Below are positions 39,511 to 49,856 of a stretch of DNA of 64,000 nt, in pieces; the stretch's first letter is position 1, and every line of letters starts with the position of its first letter. Source of the DNA: Acidobacteriota bacterium. GTDB lineage: Bacteria; Acidobacteriota; CAIWXX01. Under the pieces are notes generated by a model, which saw only the letters and a list, made by a program, of their open reading frames with translations, had not been told where the DNA came from and searched no databases. A program made the translations under genes and the position numbers. The stretch covers positions 128,001-192,000 of the forward strand of contig JBFMAF010000024.1 in assembly GCA_040755995.1 (NCBI GenBank), read 5' to 3'.

Positions 39511-40618
39511 AGTCCGCCAGCTCTTTCCCGTGACCAGGAAGTGGGTCTACATGAACCACGCCGCAGTTGCCCCGCTTTCGTCTCGCGTGGTGAGCGCGGT
39601 TGAATCGTTCATGAGCGACCAGCTGGAGAACGGTGGAGTGAACTGGAAGGTCTGGTGCGAGACCTACACGCGCGCCAGGTCGCTCGTGGGCCGTCTCATC
39701 AACGCCGGTGCAGACGAAATCTCGTTTGTCAAGAACACCTCGGAGGGTGTGAGCCTGATCGCCAACGGCCTCGATCTGGCGAAAGGCGATTCGGTGGCCT
39801 TGCCGGAAACCGAGTTCCCTTCGAACGTGTATCCATGGCTGGCGCTCCAGGAGCGGGGCGTCGGGATCGACTGGATTCCCGAACGTGAAGGCAGGATAGA
39901 GATCGAGGATGTGCGGAGCGCGCTGCTGCGGCGCCCGAAGGCGCTCGCAATCAGCTTCGTCGAGTTCCTCAGCGGCTACCGGAACGACCTGCTCCGGATC
40001 GGCAAGCTGTGCCGCGAATTCGACGTGTTCTTCTTCGTCGACGGCATCCAGGGACTCGGGGCCCTGCCGTTGGATGTGCAGGAGGCCGGCGTCGACGCAC
40101 TGGCATCAGACTCGAAGAAGTGGCTGCTTGGGCCGGAGGGGGCGGGCTTCATGTTCGTCTCGCGTGAACGCACGGATCGGATCCGAGTTGTCGAACACGG
40201 CTGGATGTCCGTGAAGAATCCAAATGACTACTTCTCGCACCAGCTCGTTCCTCCCGAAGGTGCGCTGAGATACGAGCCAGGGAGCCTGAACACGGCCGGG
40301 ATACACGGATTGGCCGCGGCGTTGGAGCTGATCGAGGAGATTGGGTTGGGTGAGATCACCAGTCGAATCATGATGCTGACGGATCGACTCGTCGAGGGGC
40401 TCCGTTCGAAGGGATATCTCGTGCTGAGTCCGCGCGGACCGGGCGAATCGAGTGGGATCGTGAGCTTCAGCCACCCGAAGTGGGAGCCCCGGGATCTGGA
40501 GGCACGCCTGCGAGCGGCCTCCGTAGTGTGCGCCAATCGTCTAGGCTATATCCGCCTCTCGCCCCACTACTACTTGACCGAGGCGGAGATCGACCTCGCC
40601 CTCCGCGCGCTTCCGTAG
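39497..40618 (+). CDS. Class V PLP-dependent aminotransferase-fold enzyme
   Basis: YMNHAA.APL, NTSEG, EFPSN, VDGIQ.LG, KWLLGPEG and RLSPHYY. Confidence 0.9.
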   Translation: MMIHEVRQLFPVTRKWVYMNHAAVAPLSSRVVSAVESFMSDQLENGGVNWKVWCETYTRARSLVGRLINAGADEISFVKNTSEGVSLIANGLDLAKGDSVALPETEFPSNVYPWLALQERGVGIDWIPEREGRIEIEDVRSALLRRPKALAISFVEFLSGYRNDLLRIGKLCREFDVFFFVDGIQGLGALPLDVQEAGVDALASDSKKWLLGPEGAGFMFVSRERTDRIRVVEHGWMSVKNPNDYFSHQLVPPEGALRYEPGSLNTAGIHGLAAALELIEEIGLGEITSRIMMLTDRLVEGLRSKGYLVLSPRGPGESSGIVSFSHPKWEPRDLEARLRAASVVCANRLGYIRLSPHYYLTEAEIDLALRALP

Positions 40619-40719
40619 TCCGGGTGGGGCAGGTCGTCGACTGGGTCGAGCCGTCGGCCCGGGATGCCGGCAGGGCGAGGCGGACCGCCACAGGCACTGT
40701 CCCACGTGCGTCCGGTCGT

Positions 40720-40813
40720 GCCGCTCCTCCGGGGCCTGCCGATCCGGCGCGCATCATGACCCAGGGCTGAAGCCCTGGGCTATCGGTCATTCGCCCCCGC
40801 GGGGCTTGCCGAT
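40720..40813. repeat. Bipartite REP-like palindromic element, copy 2
   Basis: GCCGCTCCTCCGGGGCCTGCCGAT, a 16-nt spacer, CCCAGGGC-tgaa-GCCCTGGGCTATCG, then CGCCCCCGCGGGGCTTGCCGAT. Confidence 0.7.
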
Positions 40814-41007
40814 CGGGCGCGCCGGCGCGTCACCCCTTTTCTCTTTCCGCCCCTTCATGGTAACCTGTGATCGGAATGGGGCATGGTGGGATGTGCGTAC
40901 AGGAGGGCCTCAGGATGCAGGGGCTCAGCAGCTCCCACGCCGCGCCACGCCCAGTGCCCGTGTCGATCTGTCGGCCTGAGAAACTGCCACCTCCGGCGTA
41001 GCCTCCC

Positions 41008-41985
41008 ATGCGTTTGGCATCCCCTTACTTCCTGGTGCTCCTCCTCGCGCTGCCTCTGCTCTACTACCTGGAGCGCCGGTTCGGGCGGGGCGGCCGGTCG
41101 CTGCTGTACTCATCCATCGGTTCGCTGCCTCAGACGCGCCGCGTTTGGCTGCGGAGGCGTCTACATTGGCTCTTTCTGGCGGGCGCCGGACTGCTTGCCG
41201 CAGCGATGGCGCGTCCGCAGCTGGTGCAGAGCTACGAGGAGATCACGAGCGAAGGCATCGATATCGTGCTGGCGTTGGACGTCTCCGGAAGCATGGCCGC
41301 AGAGGACTTCAAGCCGAAGAACCGCTTGCAGGTGGCGAAGGAGGTCGTGGCGGATTTCATATCTCGACGCCGCGGTGACCGCATCGGACTGGTCGTGTTC
41401 GCCGGCGTCAGCATCACGAAATGCCCTCTCACCACGGACTACTCGGTGCTTCTCTCGCTGCTGGATTCGGTCGAGCTGGGCCAGCTCGAGGACGGCACAG
41501 CCATCGGCAACGCACTAGCCAACTGCGCCAATCGGCTTCGCAGGAGCCAGGTGAAGAGCAAGGTGATCATCCTACTGACCGACGGCGTAAACAACCGAGG
41601 GGAAATCTCTCCGCCGGATGCGGCCGACATCGCCCGCGCACTCAAGATCAAGGTCTACACGATCGGCGCGGGTACGCGCGGTATGGCTCCGTATCCGGTG
41701 CGCGACGCCGAGGGAAGGATCCACTATCAGATGATGGAGGTTCAGATCGACGAGGAGCTTCTGAAGACGATCGCCTCGAAGACCGGTGGACTCTACTTTC
41801 GGGCCACCGACAAGGGGTCACTCGAAAGAATCTATAATGAGATCGATCGTCTCGAACGTAGCGAGATCGAAAGCCGCCAGTACCGGAGCTACCGCGAGCT
41901 GTTTCCGTTCCTCGTCTGGACCGGCCTCGGCCTCGTCGCCGTCGGCGTGATCACGGGCGAAACCTATTTGCGCAGGGTTCCCTGA
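41008..41985 (+). CDS. batA: BatA-like VWA membrane protein
   Basis: ARPQ, EGIDI.LALDVSGSM.AEDF.P.NRL, DGTAIG and LLTDG.NN.G. Confidence 0.88.
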   Translation: MRLASPYFLVLLLALPLLYYLERRFGRGGRSLLYSSIGSLPQTRRVWLRRRLHWLFLAGAGLLAAAMARPQLVQSYEEITSEGIDIVLALDVSGSMAAEDFKPKNRLQVAKEVVADFISRRRGDRIGLVVFAGVSITKCPLTTDYSVLLSLLDSVELGQLEDGTAIGNALANCANRLRRSQVKSKVIILLTDGVNNRGEISPPDAADIARALKIKVYTIGAGTRGMAPYPVRDAEGRIHYQMMEVQIDEELLKTIASKTGGLYFRATDKGSLERIYNEIDRLERSEIESRQYRSYRELFPFLVWTGLGLVAVGVITGETYLRRVP

Positions 41986-41989
41986 GAGT

Positions 41990-43000
41990 ATGCGTTTTCT
42001 CGATCCGGGCATTCTCTACGGCTTGCTGCTGATCCCTATTCTGTGGGCGACGTTCTTCTTCGCCGACAGGCGCGCCCGCGCGGCTTTGGCGCTGTTCGGA
42101 GAACCACGTTTGATCGACCCCACGCGACGGTCTCCGCCGGCGTGGGTCATCCGTGGGAAGCGGTTGCTACTGACACTGGGGCTGGCCTTCATGTTCCTCG
42201 CGCTGGCCCGGCCGCAGTGGGGGGAGAAGATGGAGGAGGTCCGGCGGAAGGGGCTCGACATCATGATCGTTCTCGACGTGTCGGCCAGCATGGATGCGCC
42301 GGATCCTAAGCCGAGCCGGCTGGAGGCCGCTCGGGGCGAGATAGGGGCGTTTCTCGATCTGCTGGAAGCTGACCGTGTCGGACTCGTTTGCTTCGCCGGT
42401 GAGCCCGCGTTGATCTGTCCGCTGACGCTCGACTACTCCGCGGTCAAGATCTTCCTCGACTCCGTGGATACCTCCACGATCTCCAGACCGGGCACGGCGA
42501 TCGGGAGGGCGATCGAGCTGGCGCTCGAGTCGTTCAGCCAGAGAGAGAAGAAATACAAGGTCGTCGTTCTGCTCACCGATGGAGAAGATCACGAGGGGCG
42601 GGCGGCGGCAGCGGCGAGGAAAGCCAGGGATGAGGGGGTCGTAATATTCACCATAGGGATCGGTACGCCTGGGGGCGAGCTCATCCCGGTGAGAGACGCA
42701 GAAGGGCAGTTCCGAGAATGGAAGAAGGACGACAAGGGACAGGTGGTCCAGTCGCGGCTGGATGCGGCGACGCTGCAGGATGTAGCCGCCACCACCGGCG
42801 GCAAGTTCTTCGCGATCACTACCGGCGGTGACGAGCTGAAGCGTATCGCGGAAGAGATCGCTGCGATGGACAAGAAAGAGGTCCATGCGCGATTGCAAAC
42901 GGTCTACGAGGAGCGATATCAATGGTTCCTGCTACCCGGCGTTGTGTTTCTCTTCGGACTCATGGCGATTCCGGAGAAGGGGAGGAACTCCAGACGATGA
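41990..43000 (+). CDS. batB: BatB-like VWA membrane protein
   Basis: ALARPQWG, G.DI...LDVS.SM, PLT.DY, LTDGEDH and E.RYQWF. Confidence 0.88.
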   Translation: MRFLDPGILYGLLLIPILWATFFFADRRARAALALFGEPRLIDPTRRSPPAWVIRGKRLLLTLGLAFMFLALARPQWGEKMEEVRRKGLDIMIVLDVSASMDAPDPKPSRLEAARGEIGAFLDLLEADRVGLVCFAGEPALICPLTLDYSAVKIFLDSVDTSTISRPGTAIGRAIELALESFSQREKKYKVVVLLTDGEDHEGRAAAAARKARDEGVVIFTIGIGTPGGELIPVRDAEGQFREWKKDDKGQVVQSRLDAATLQDVAATTGGKFFAITTGGDELKRIAEEIAAMDKKEVHARLQTVYEERYQWFLLPGVVFLFGLMAIPEKGRNSRR

Positions 43001-43701
43001 AAACGGGCTCAACCTTCGAGCACGTGCACCCAATCCTGGCTCGACCGGTGCGGCTCGTGTTGCTCGGGCTGCTCGGTTGGTTCGGCACCGGGAATCCCTT
43101 GAGTATGGCCGCGTCGGCTTACTGGAGCAACAAAGAGGGCACACGGCAGTACAACGAGAAGAACTACGACGAGGCCTTCAAGAAATACGCAGAGGCGCAG
43201 GCGGCACGTCCCGACCTGGCCCAGCTGAAGTACAACGAGGCCAACGCCCTGTACAAGATGGGGAAGCACCAGGAGGCCTCCAAGCTCTATAGCGAGGCGC
43301 TTTCCCTGGCGGACCGGAAGGAAAAGGCGTGGGACGCTTACAATCTCGGGAATGCGGCCTTCAAGTCAGGCGACCTCGAAGGAGCCGTCAAGTCTTACAT
43401 CCAGGCCCTGCGCCTCGACCCACAAGACCAGCAGGCCAAGGTCAATCTCGAGCTCGCGTTGAAGAAGCAGGATGAACAGAAGAACCAGGAACAGAACCAG
43501 CAGGAGCCTCAGAAGGAAGACCAGCAGAAGCAGCAGAACAGCGAACCGCAGCAGAGCGATGTTGCACCCCAGTCCGAACAGCAGGACGTGAATCAGAAAC
43601 AGACGGAAGCTATGCTCGACTACCTCATGGAAAAAGAGAAAGAGGACATGCAGAAGCAGAAGCGGAGGAAGCTCGTGCCCGCCGGCGGAAAGGACTGGTA
43701 G
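42997..43701 (+). CDS. batC: BatC-like TPR protein with Gln-rich tail
   Basis: TPRs (YNEANALY, YNLGNA), A..NLELA, Q/E-rich linker, C-terminal KDW. Confidence 0.85.
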   Translation: MKTGSTFEHVHPILARPVRLVLLGLLGWFGTGNPLSMAASAYWSNKEGTRQYNEKNYDEAFKKYAEAQAARPDLAQLKYNEANALYKMGKHQEASKLYSEALSLADRKEKAWDAYNLGNAAFKSGDLEGAVKSYIQALRLDPQDQQAKVNLELALKKQDEQKNQEQNQQEPQKEDQQKQQNSEPQQSDVAPQSEQQDVNQKQTEAMLDYLMEKEKEDMQKQKRRKLVPAGGKDW

Positions 43702-43858
43702 TAGCAGGCGGGTTGGGGCTCATCTTGAGATAACGTGTTGTCGGTGGGCGAGTGCAGCATCCGTGGGCCCGTCGGGCCCATTTCGAATTTCGAATTTTGG
43801 ATTACCGGCCGAACGCCCGGCACCTCTCCACCGGATGGGACTGCGGACCCTCGCACTC

Positions 43859-43893
43859 GGAACCGGGAACCGAGAACCGGGAACCTGGAACCT
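43859..43893. repeat. Heptamer tandem repeat (GGAACCG x5, degenerate)
   Basis: GGAACCG GGAACCG AGAACCG GGAACCT GGAACCT between convergent genes. A TTTCGAA-type run lies at 43781-43803. Confidence 0.7.
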
Positions 43894-46800
43894 ATTTCTC
43901 TCCGAGCGTCTGGCGGAGCGTGCGGGCGAACTCGGACAGGTTGTAGGGCTTCTGAATGTATCCCTTCGCCCCGCTCCTCAGTATCTCATTTGCCTGCCCC
44001 TCGAGACTGAACCCGGACGACACGAGGATTCTGGCGCTGGGGTCGAGGCTCACGATCGCCTGGAAGGTCTCTTTACCTGACATGCCTGGCATCAGCACGT
44101 CAAGGAGAACCAGGTCGACCTTCTCGGACCTGTATGTGTCAACCGCCTCGCGGCCGCTGGCGGCCACCAACACCTTGTAACCGAGCTCCCGCAGCAGCTC
44201 GGCCGCCATCTCCCGCACCACCTGTTCGTCATCGACCACCAGGATCGTCTCACGTCCGCGCGGGAGATCCGCTTCCGGATTGACCGGCGTAGTCGTGGCT
44301 GCGGGCTGGCGCGTTGCGGGGATGTATGCCTTGAATTCGGAGAACCGGGCGACTTCGCTGTCTACCTCGATGAACCCGCCGTGGTTCTTGACGATACCGT
44401 AGACCATGGCCAGGCCCATGCCGCTGCCCTTCCCCTTTTCTTTGGTCGTGAAGAACGGCTCGAAGATCCTCTTCCTGGTTTCCGGGTCGATGCCGGTGCC
44501 GTTGTCCCTGACGGACAGGAGAACGTAGTCTCCGGCTCTGGCACCTACGTGCTGTCTGGCTTTGGTGTCGTCAATCCAGCTGTTTCGTGTCGTGATGGTG
44601 ATCGTACCGCCGTTGGGCAGGGCGTCACGCGCGTTCAGACATAGATTCAGCAGGCAATGCTCGAGCTGTCCGGCATCGCCTTCGACCGCCAGCAGGTCCT
44701 GGTCCAGCGAGACTTCGATGTCGATGCTCTTGTCGAAAGTCCGCCGCGCGATCGAGACCACGTTCTCGACGACCTGATTCATGCATGTGGGCTGAACCTG
44801 ATATCGGCCACCCCGAGCGAACCCGAGCAGCTGGTTGGTGAGCTCGGCCGCACGGTGCGCGGACGATTCGATGGTCTCGATGGCGCGGTGGAGCGAATGC
44901 TCCTGAGTTAGCTGCGTCTTGGCCAGAGCCGCGTAGCCGATAATCCCGCACAAGAGGTTGTTGAAGTCGTGTGCGATACCGCCGGCCAGCGTCCCCACGG
45001 CTTCCATCTTCTGTGCCTGTGCCAGCTGCTCCTCCAGCCTCCGCTGCTCCTCCTCCGCCCTCACCCTGTCCGTGGCGTCGTGGAGGATCGATTGGAGGTA
45101 GGTGGACCCACCGAGCTCCAGTCGAGAAACCGACACTTCGAGATGTAGTGGAGTCCCGTCAGCCCGGAAGGCTTTCCATGGGAAATGTAAAGTCTCCCCT
45201 TCCAGCACGCGGCGCTTGTATTCGTCCACCAGCAGCTTCGAGGGCCTACCATCACGCTGCTGCGGTGGGGAGAAGTCCGACGGGCTGTGCCCAATGATCT
45301 CGTGCCGCTCACACCGCATCATACGCCCAGCCTGGCTGTTGCAGTCGATGATCACATCGCCGTCTTGGATCAGAATAGCGTCCGTGGCGTTCTCATAGAG
45401 CGCCCTGTACTTGGCGACCGAGGCCCTCAGCGCCTCCTCCGCGCTGACGATGTCTGAGAGGTCGATAGTATTGGTAACGACGTACTGCAGCGCTCCATCC
45501 GATGCAAATATGCCAACCAGGTTCTCCATGACGTGGATAGCCGTCCCGTCTCGTCGCTGGCCGGCCGAGCGGTGGTTCACGATCTTCCCGCGCTCGGCCA
45601 GCTCCCGCAGCAGCTCGGCCCGCGCCCCCGGGTCCGTGCTCAGGGCGTGAGGAGGCAGCCGCAGCATCTCCTCCTCAGCATCGAACTTGTACATCCGGAT
45701 CAGCGCGGGGTTGCAGGCAATCAGACGCCCATCGGGAGTCGAGATGCTGACGCCGCTAAGGGTGTTCTCGTAGAGCAGCCGGTAGCGTGTCTCGGAACGC
45801 CTGAGGGCGTCCTCTGCCACCTGCCTCTCGATGGCAAGCGCCGCGGGGCTGGCGAGCGTCTCCAGCAGTACGCGATCGCCTTCGCTGTACGCGCCCTGCT
45901 GCTCGTAGTCCTGCACGACCATCGCGCCGACCGTGCGGTCCACGACACGCAACGGCACACCCAGCCATGATGAGGGGAGCGTTCCGATGACCTCCACCTC
46001 GCCGTTCCCCTCGAGCTCCGCCGCGCGCTCGGGGGTCCACAACAGGCTTTGGCCGGTTCTCATGATGTATTCCGTCAGCCCTCGTTTCGCCTGGCGAGGC
46101 TCTGGTGTGGCATCGAATTGATCCACGAAGTACGGAAACGACACTGTCTGCGTGCGCGGGTCCATCAGGGCGATGTAGAAATTCCTGGCACGCATGAGTG
46201 TCGTCACCTGCTCGTGGATCAGTCCCAGCAGTTGCTGCAAATCCCTCGATCGGTTCATCGCATGGCCGATCTCGGATATGGCCTTGATCGTCCTGAGCTT
46301 GCGCTTGGCCTCGGTCACATCCCGCACGACAAGCACCACTGCTCGGCGGCCCTCGTACACGATCGTGCGCCCCTGGACTTCGACCTCAATCGGTACACCG
46401 TCCCTGGTCAGCGCAAGCGCCTCCCCGTGCAGCTCCTCGACCAATCCCCTCTCCAGCCTATCCCGGCACGCGAAGAGCTGTTCGCGGTAGTCCGGATGTG
46501 TCAGATTGCCGAGCGGCCTGCCGAGCAGCTCGGCGGGCGAATCGAATCCGAAGATGCGCGCATATGCATCGTTCGCATAGACATAGACGCCGTCGCGAAT
46601 GACGGCCAACCCGTCCATCAGGCCGGCGACCAGAGCCTTGTACCTCTCCTCGGACTCACGCAGCGTGTGCTCGGTTCTCTCGAGCATCGACACGTCGAAT
46701 GCGACGCCGGCGATGGCAGGCTCGCCATCGACGACCACTCGCCGGCCCTGCGATTCAATCGACAACACCGTGCCGTCCTTCCTGAAGCACCGGACCAGGA

Positions 46801-47071
46801 CTTGGCCGCTTACGGGTGAGTCTTCAGACATCCGCTGCACGATCCGCTGGGCGATGGTCGCGCGGAATTCAGGCGCCACCAGGTCCAGCGGTTTCACCTG
46901 CAGCAGCTCGTCGGGCGTGTAGCCAAACATCTGGGCCAGCCGGCGATTCGCGTAGAAGAGACGCCCCCCTTTGAGGATGAACACCCCGGCATTCACGCTA
47001 TCCAGGACGAGCGCAAGCGCCTCGGATATCCCCATGGACCGATCCGGCGCCTCCTCCAATCTGTCCCCCAT
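43892..47071 (-). CDS. Cytoplasmic hybrid histidine kinase (PAS-PAS-GAF-PAS-PAS-HisKA-HATPase-REC)
   Basis: QKMEAVGTLAGGIAHDFNN, NARDA, DNGTG, FEPFFTTK and a REC domain (VDDE...LDVLMPG). Confidence 0.94.
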   Translation of the reverse strand: MGDRLEEAPDRSMGISEALALVLDSVNAGVFILKGGRLFYANRRLAQMFGYTPDELLQVKPLDLVAPEFRATIAQRIVQRMSEDSPVSGQVLVRCFRKDGTVLSIESQGRRVVVDGEPAIAGVAFDVSMLERTEHTLRESEERYKALVAGLMDGLAVIRDGVYVYANDAYARIFGFDSPAELLGRPLGNLTHPDYREQLFACRDRLERGLVEELHGEALALTRDGVPIEVEVQGRTIVYEGRRAVVLVVRDVTEAKRKLRTIKAISEIGHAMNRSRDLQQLLGLIHEQVTTLMRARNFYIALMDPRTQTVSFPYFVDQFDATPEPRQAKRGLTEYIMRTGQSLLWTPERAAELEGNGEVEVIGTLPSSWLGVPLRVVDRTVGAMVVQDYEQQGAYSEGDRVLLETLASPAALAIERQVAEDALRRSETRYRLLYENTLSGVSISTPDGRLIACNPALIRMYKFDAEEEMLRLPPHALSTDPGARAELLRELAERGKIVNHRSAGQRRDGTAIHVMENLVGIFASDGALQYVVTNTIDLSDIVSAEEALRASVAKYRALYENATDAILIQDGDVIIDCNSQAGRMMRCERHEIIGHSPSDFSPPQQRDGRPSKLLVDEYKRRVLEGETLHFPWKAFRADGTPLHLEVSVSRLELGGSTYLQSILHDATDRVRAEEEQRRLEEQLAQAQKMEAVGTLAGGIAHDFNNLLCGIIGYAALAKTQLTQEHSLHRAIETIESSAHRAAELTNQLLGFARGGRYQVQPTCMNQVVENVVSIARRTFDKSIDIEVSLDQDLLAVEGDAGQLEHCLLNLCLNARDALPNGGTITITTRNSWIDDTKARQHVGARAGDYVLLSVRDNGTGIDPETRKRIFEPFFTTKEKGKGSGMGLAMVYGIVKNHGGFIEVDSEVARFSEFKAYIPATRQPAATTTPVNPEADLPRGRETILVVDDEQVVREMAAELLRELGYKVLVAASGREAVDTYRSEKVDLVLLDVLMPGMSGKETFQAIVSLDPSARILVSSGFSLEGQANEILRSGAKGYIQKPYNLSEFARTLRQTLGEK

Positions 47072-47110
47072 CCCGGCGAGCCTCTACTTATAGCACTTTT
47101 GCAGGCGCCA

Positions 47111-47140
47111 TTGAAATGGACGGCGGCCGGGCGGTAGAAT
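47111..47140 (+). promoter_or_regulatory. Sigma70-like promoter of alaS
   Basis: TTGAAA-N18-TAGAAT. Confidence 0.5.
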
Positions 47141-47176
47141 TCGAAGTTCCGGACACATGAAGAACAGGACAAGTGC

Positions 47177-49816
47177 ATGAAAGCCCACCAGATTCGCAGC
47201 GCCTTCCTCGAGTACTTCAAGGAGCGGGGGCACGAAATCGTCAAGAGCTCGTCACTGATCCCTCAGAGCGACCCGACTCTGCTATTCACCAACGCCGGGA
47301 TGAACCAGTTCAAAGAGGTGTTCCTCGGCAAGCAGAAGCGCCCGTACACCAGGGCGGCGAGCGTCCAGAAGTGTATGCGCGCCGGAGGCAAGCACAACGA
47401 CCTCGACAACGTCGGCCATACGCACCGCCATCATACCTTCTTCGAGATGCTCGGCAACTTCTCCTTCGGCGACTACTTCAAGGAAGACGCCATCGCGATG
47501 GCCTGGGAATTCTTCACAGCGAGGCTCGGACTGCCCAGCGACCGTCTCTGGGTGACAGTCTACAAAGACGACGACCAGGCTTACGAGATCTGGCGACGCA
47601 TCGCGGGCGTCGGTGCCGATCACGTCCTGCGGTTCGATGAGAGGGACAATTTCTGGGCGATGGGGGAGACCGGACCGTGCGGCCCCTGTTCAGAGATCCT
47701 CATCGACCAGGGGCCCGAGGTCGGCTGCCGCCTCCCGACCTGCGCGCCCGGGTGCTCGTGCGACCGCTATCTCGAGCTCTGGAACCTCGTCTTCATGCAG
47801 TACGACCGCGATGCGGCCGGCGTCATGCATCCCTTGCCGTCTCCTTGCATCGACACGGGGGCGGGGCTCGAGCGGATCGCCGCGGTGCTCCAGGGCGTGC
47901 ACTCCAACTTCCACAGCGATCTCTTCCAGCCGCTGATACGGCAAGTCAGCGAGATGGCGGATGTCGACTACGACGCGGAGAGCGAGATGGGCGCGGCGAT
48001 GCGCGTCATTGCGGACCACGTCCGGTCTGCAACGTTCGTGATCAGCGACGGAGCGCTCCCGGCCAACGACGGGCGCGGTTCGGTGGTGCGGCGCGTCTTG
48101 CGACGGGCGATGCGCTACGGCGGGAAGCTCGGCTTCCAGGAGCCGTTTCTCTACAAGCTGGTCGGTGTCGTCGTGGGGATCATGGGCGAGGCCTATCCCG
48201 AGCTGACGCTGCTGCGCGACCACACGGCGCGAGTGATCCTGGCCGAAGAGGAGCGCTTCGAGACGACGCTGACGGTCGGCTTGCGCATTCTCGAGAAGCT
48301 GTGCGAGAAGTCGGCCGGAGTCGTGAGCGGGGAGGAGCTCTTCAAGCTGTATGACACCTACGGTTTCCCGCTGGACCTTGCGCGCGAGTATTGCGAGGAG
48401 AGGCAGCTGAGGGTTGACGAAGCCGGGTTCGAGGCTGAGATGCGCCGGCAGCGCGACGCACAACGCGCCCGCGCCGAAGTCGCGTCCCTGGTGGGCGGCG
48501 GTGCAGATGCGCAGTCCGGGCTGCTGAAGGATGTTGCGCGGCCGCGATTCACGGGCTACAGGTCGCTCCGCGAGGACGGCGCCCGTGTAGTCCGCTTGTT
48601 CCGCGATGGCGCCACGGTGCGGCGTCTGGAAGAGGGCGAGGCGGGCGAGGTATTGATCGACCCGACGCCGTTCTACGCCGAGTCGGGCGGCCAGATCGGG
48701 GATCGAGGAGAGCTGTTGGGCCCGGCGGGGCGGGCGCTGGTCCGATCGGCGGGCTACCGTGGAGACGCGTACTCGATGCTGGACGTGGTCGTGGAGCGCG
48801 GGGCGCTGGAGACCGGCCAGGATGTGGATGCGGTTGTCGACGCGGAGTCGCGAACGAACGCCGCGATTCATCACACGTCGACGCACCTGCTGCACGCGGC
48901 TCTTCGCGAGGTGCTTGGCCCTCACGTCAAGCAGGCCGGGTCGCTGGTGGATCCGTCGCACCTCCGGTTTGACTTCAGCCATTACGCGGCGCTGAAGGAC
49001 CGCGAGATAGCCGACATCGAGGACATGGTCAACCGCGAGGTGCGCGCGAATGAGACGGTCGAGACCGCGGTGATGCCCATCGAGGAGGCGCTGGCCGGGG
49101 GTGCGCTGGCCTTCTTCGGGGAAAAATATGGGAACGAGGTGAGGGTGATCAAGATTGGGGATTTCTCGATGGAGCTCTGTGGAGGGACTCATCTCTCGGC
49201 CACGGGGCAGATCGGGCTCTTCCGCGTGGACTCCGAGGGCAGCGTCGCTTCGGGCGTACGCAGAATCACCGCGCATGCGGGCAACGCCGCGGTCGAATCG
49301 ATTCACCGGGACACGGCCCTGCTTCGAGAGATCGAGCAGCTGATTCGATCGAGCAGGGCAGAGCTCCCGAGCTCGATCGCGCGTCTGCAGGAGCAGCTCA
49401 AGCAGAGGGAGCGCGAGATACAGGAGCTCAGGAGAAAGCAGCTCTCTTCGATCGACATCGAGCAGGGTGCCAGCCGCCAGGTCGACGGCGTGCGCGTCGT
49501 CAGCCATCGGATCGACGGCCTGGACCTGCCGGCACTCCGTGAAGTGATGGATCGGTGGCGCGAGCAGATACGGTCCGGGGTCGTGGTGCTGGTCGCCGAA
49601 TCGGAAGGCAAGGCGCAGTTACTGGTCGGCGTCACGAAGGACCTCACCAAGAGACTCCACGCAGGCTCCTTGATCAAGGGCCTGGCTGCGCTGGTCGGAG
49701 GCAAGGGAGGCGGCCGCCCGGACCTGGCGGAAGCCGGCGGGAAGGATCCATCGGGAATCGAGCGCGTTCTCGAGACCGTCGACAAGGCCGTGGCGGACGC
49801 ACTCGAGAAGAGGTGA
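47177..49816 (+). CDS. alaS: Alanine--tRNA ligase
   Basis: DPTLLFTNAGMNQFK, HHTFFEMLGNFSFGDYFK, LYDTYGFP, ELCGGTH and GGKGGGRPD. Confidence 0.98.
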   Translation: MKAHQIRSAFLEYFKERGHEIVKSSSLIPQSDPTLLFTNAGMNQFKEVFLGKQKRPYTRAASVQKCMRAGGKHNDLDNVGHTHRHHTFFEMLGNFSFGDYFKEDAIAMAWEFFTARLGLPSDRLWVTVYKDDDQAYEIWRRIAGVGADHVLRFDERDNFWAMGETGPCGPCSEILIDQGPEVGCRLPTCAPGCSCDRYLELWNLVFMQYDRDAAGVMHPLPSPCIDTGAGLERIAAVLQGVHSNFHSDLFQPLIRQVSEMADVDYDAESEMGAAMRVIADHVRSATFVISDGALPANDGRGSVVRRVLRRAMRYGGKLGFQEPFLYKLVGVVVGIMGEAYPELTLLRDHTARVILAEEERFETTLTVGLRILEKLCEKSAGVVSGEELFKLYDTYGFPLDLAREYCEERQLRVDEAGFEAEMRRQRDAQRARAEVASLVGGGADAQSGLLKDVARPRFTGYRSLREDGARVVRLFRDGATVRRLEEGEAGEVLIDPTPFYAESGGQIGDRGELLGPAGRALVRSAGYRGDAYSMLDVVVERGALETGQDVDAVVDAESRTNAAIHHTSTHLLHAALREVLGPHVKQAGSLVDPSHLRFDFSHYAALKDREIADIEDMVNREVRANETVETAVMPIEEALAGGALAFFGEKYGNEVRVIKIGDFSMELCGGTHLSATGQIGLFRVDSEGSVASGVRRITAHAGNAAVESIHRDTALLREIEQLIRSSRAELPSSIARLQEQLKQREREIQELRRKQLSSIDIEQGASRQVDGVRVVSHRIDGLDLPALREVMDRWREQIRSGVVVLVAESEGKAQLLVGVTKDLTKRLHAGSLIKGLAALVGGKGGGRPDLAEAGGKDPSGIERVLETVDKAVADALEKR

Positions 49817-49856
49817 GACCGACGTGCCCCGAATGGGCTGAATCGCCATTCGACGT

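Noticed and set aside
1115..49507. Many long antisense or alternate-frame ORFs (e.g. 1115-2581, 5050-7050, 15038-16594, 22298-23845, 33104-34615, 47690-49507)
   Set aside because: They fully overlap well-supported genes and lack motifs. Such shadow ORFs are expected from high-GC codon bias.
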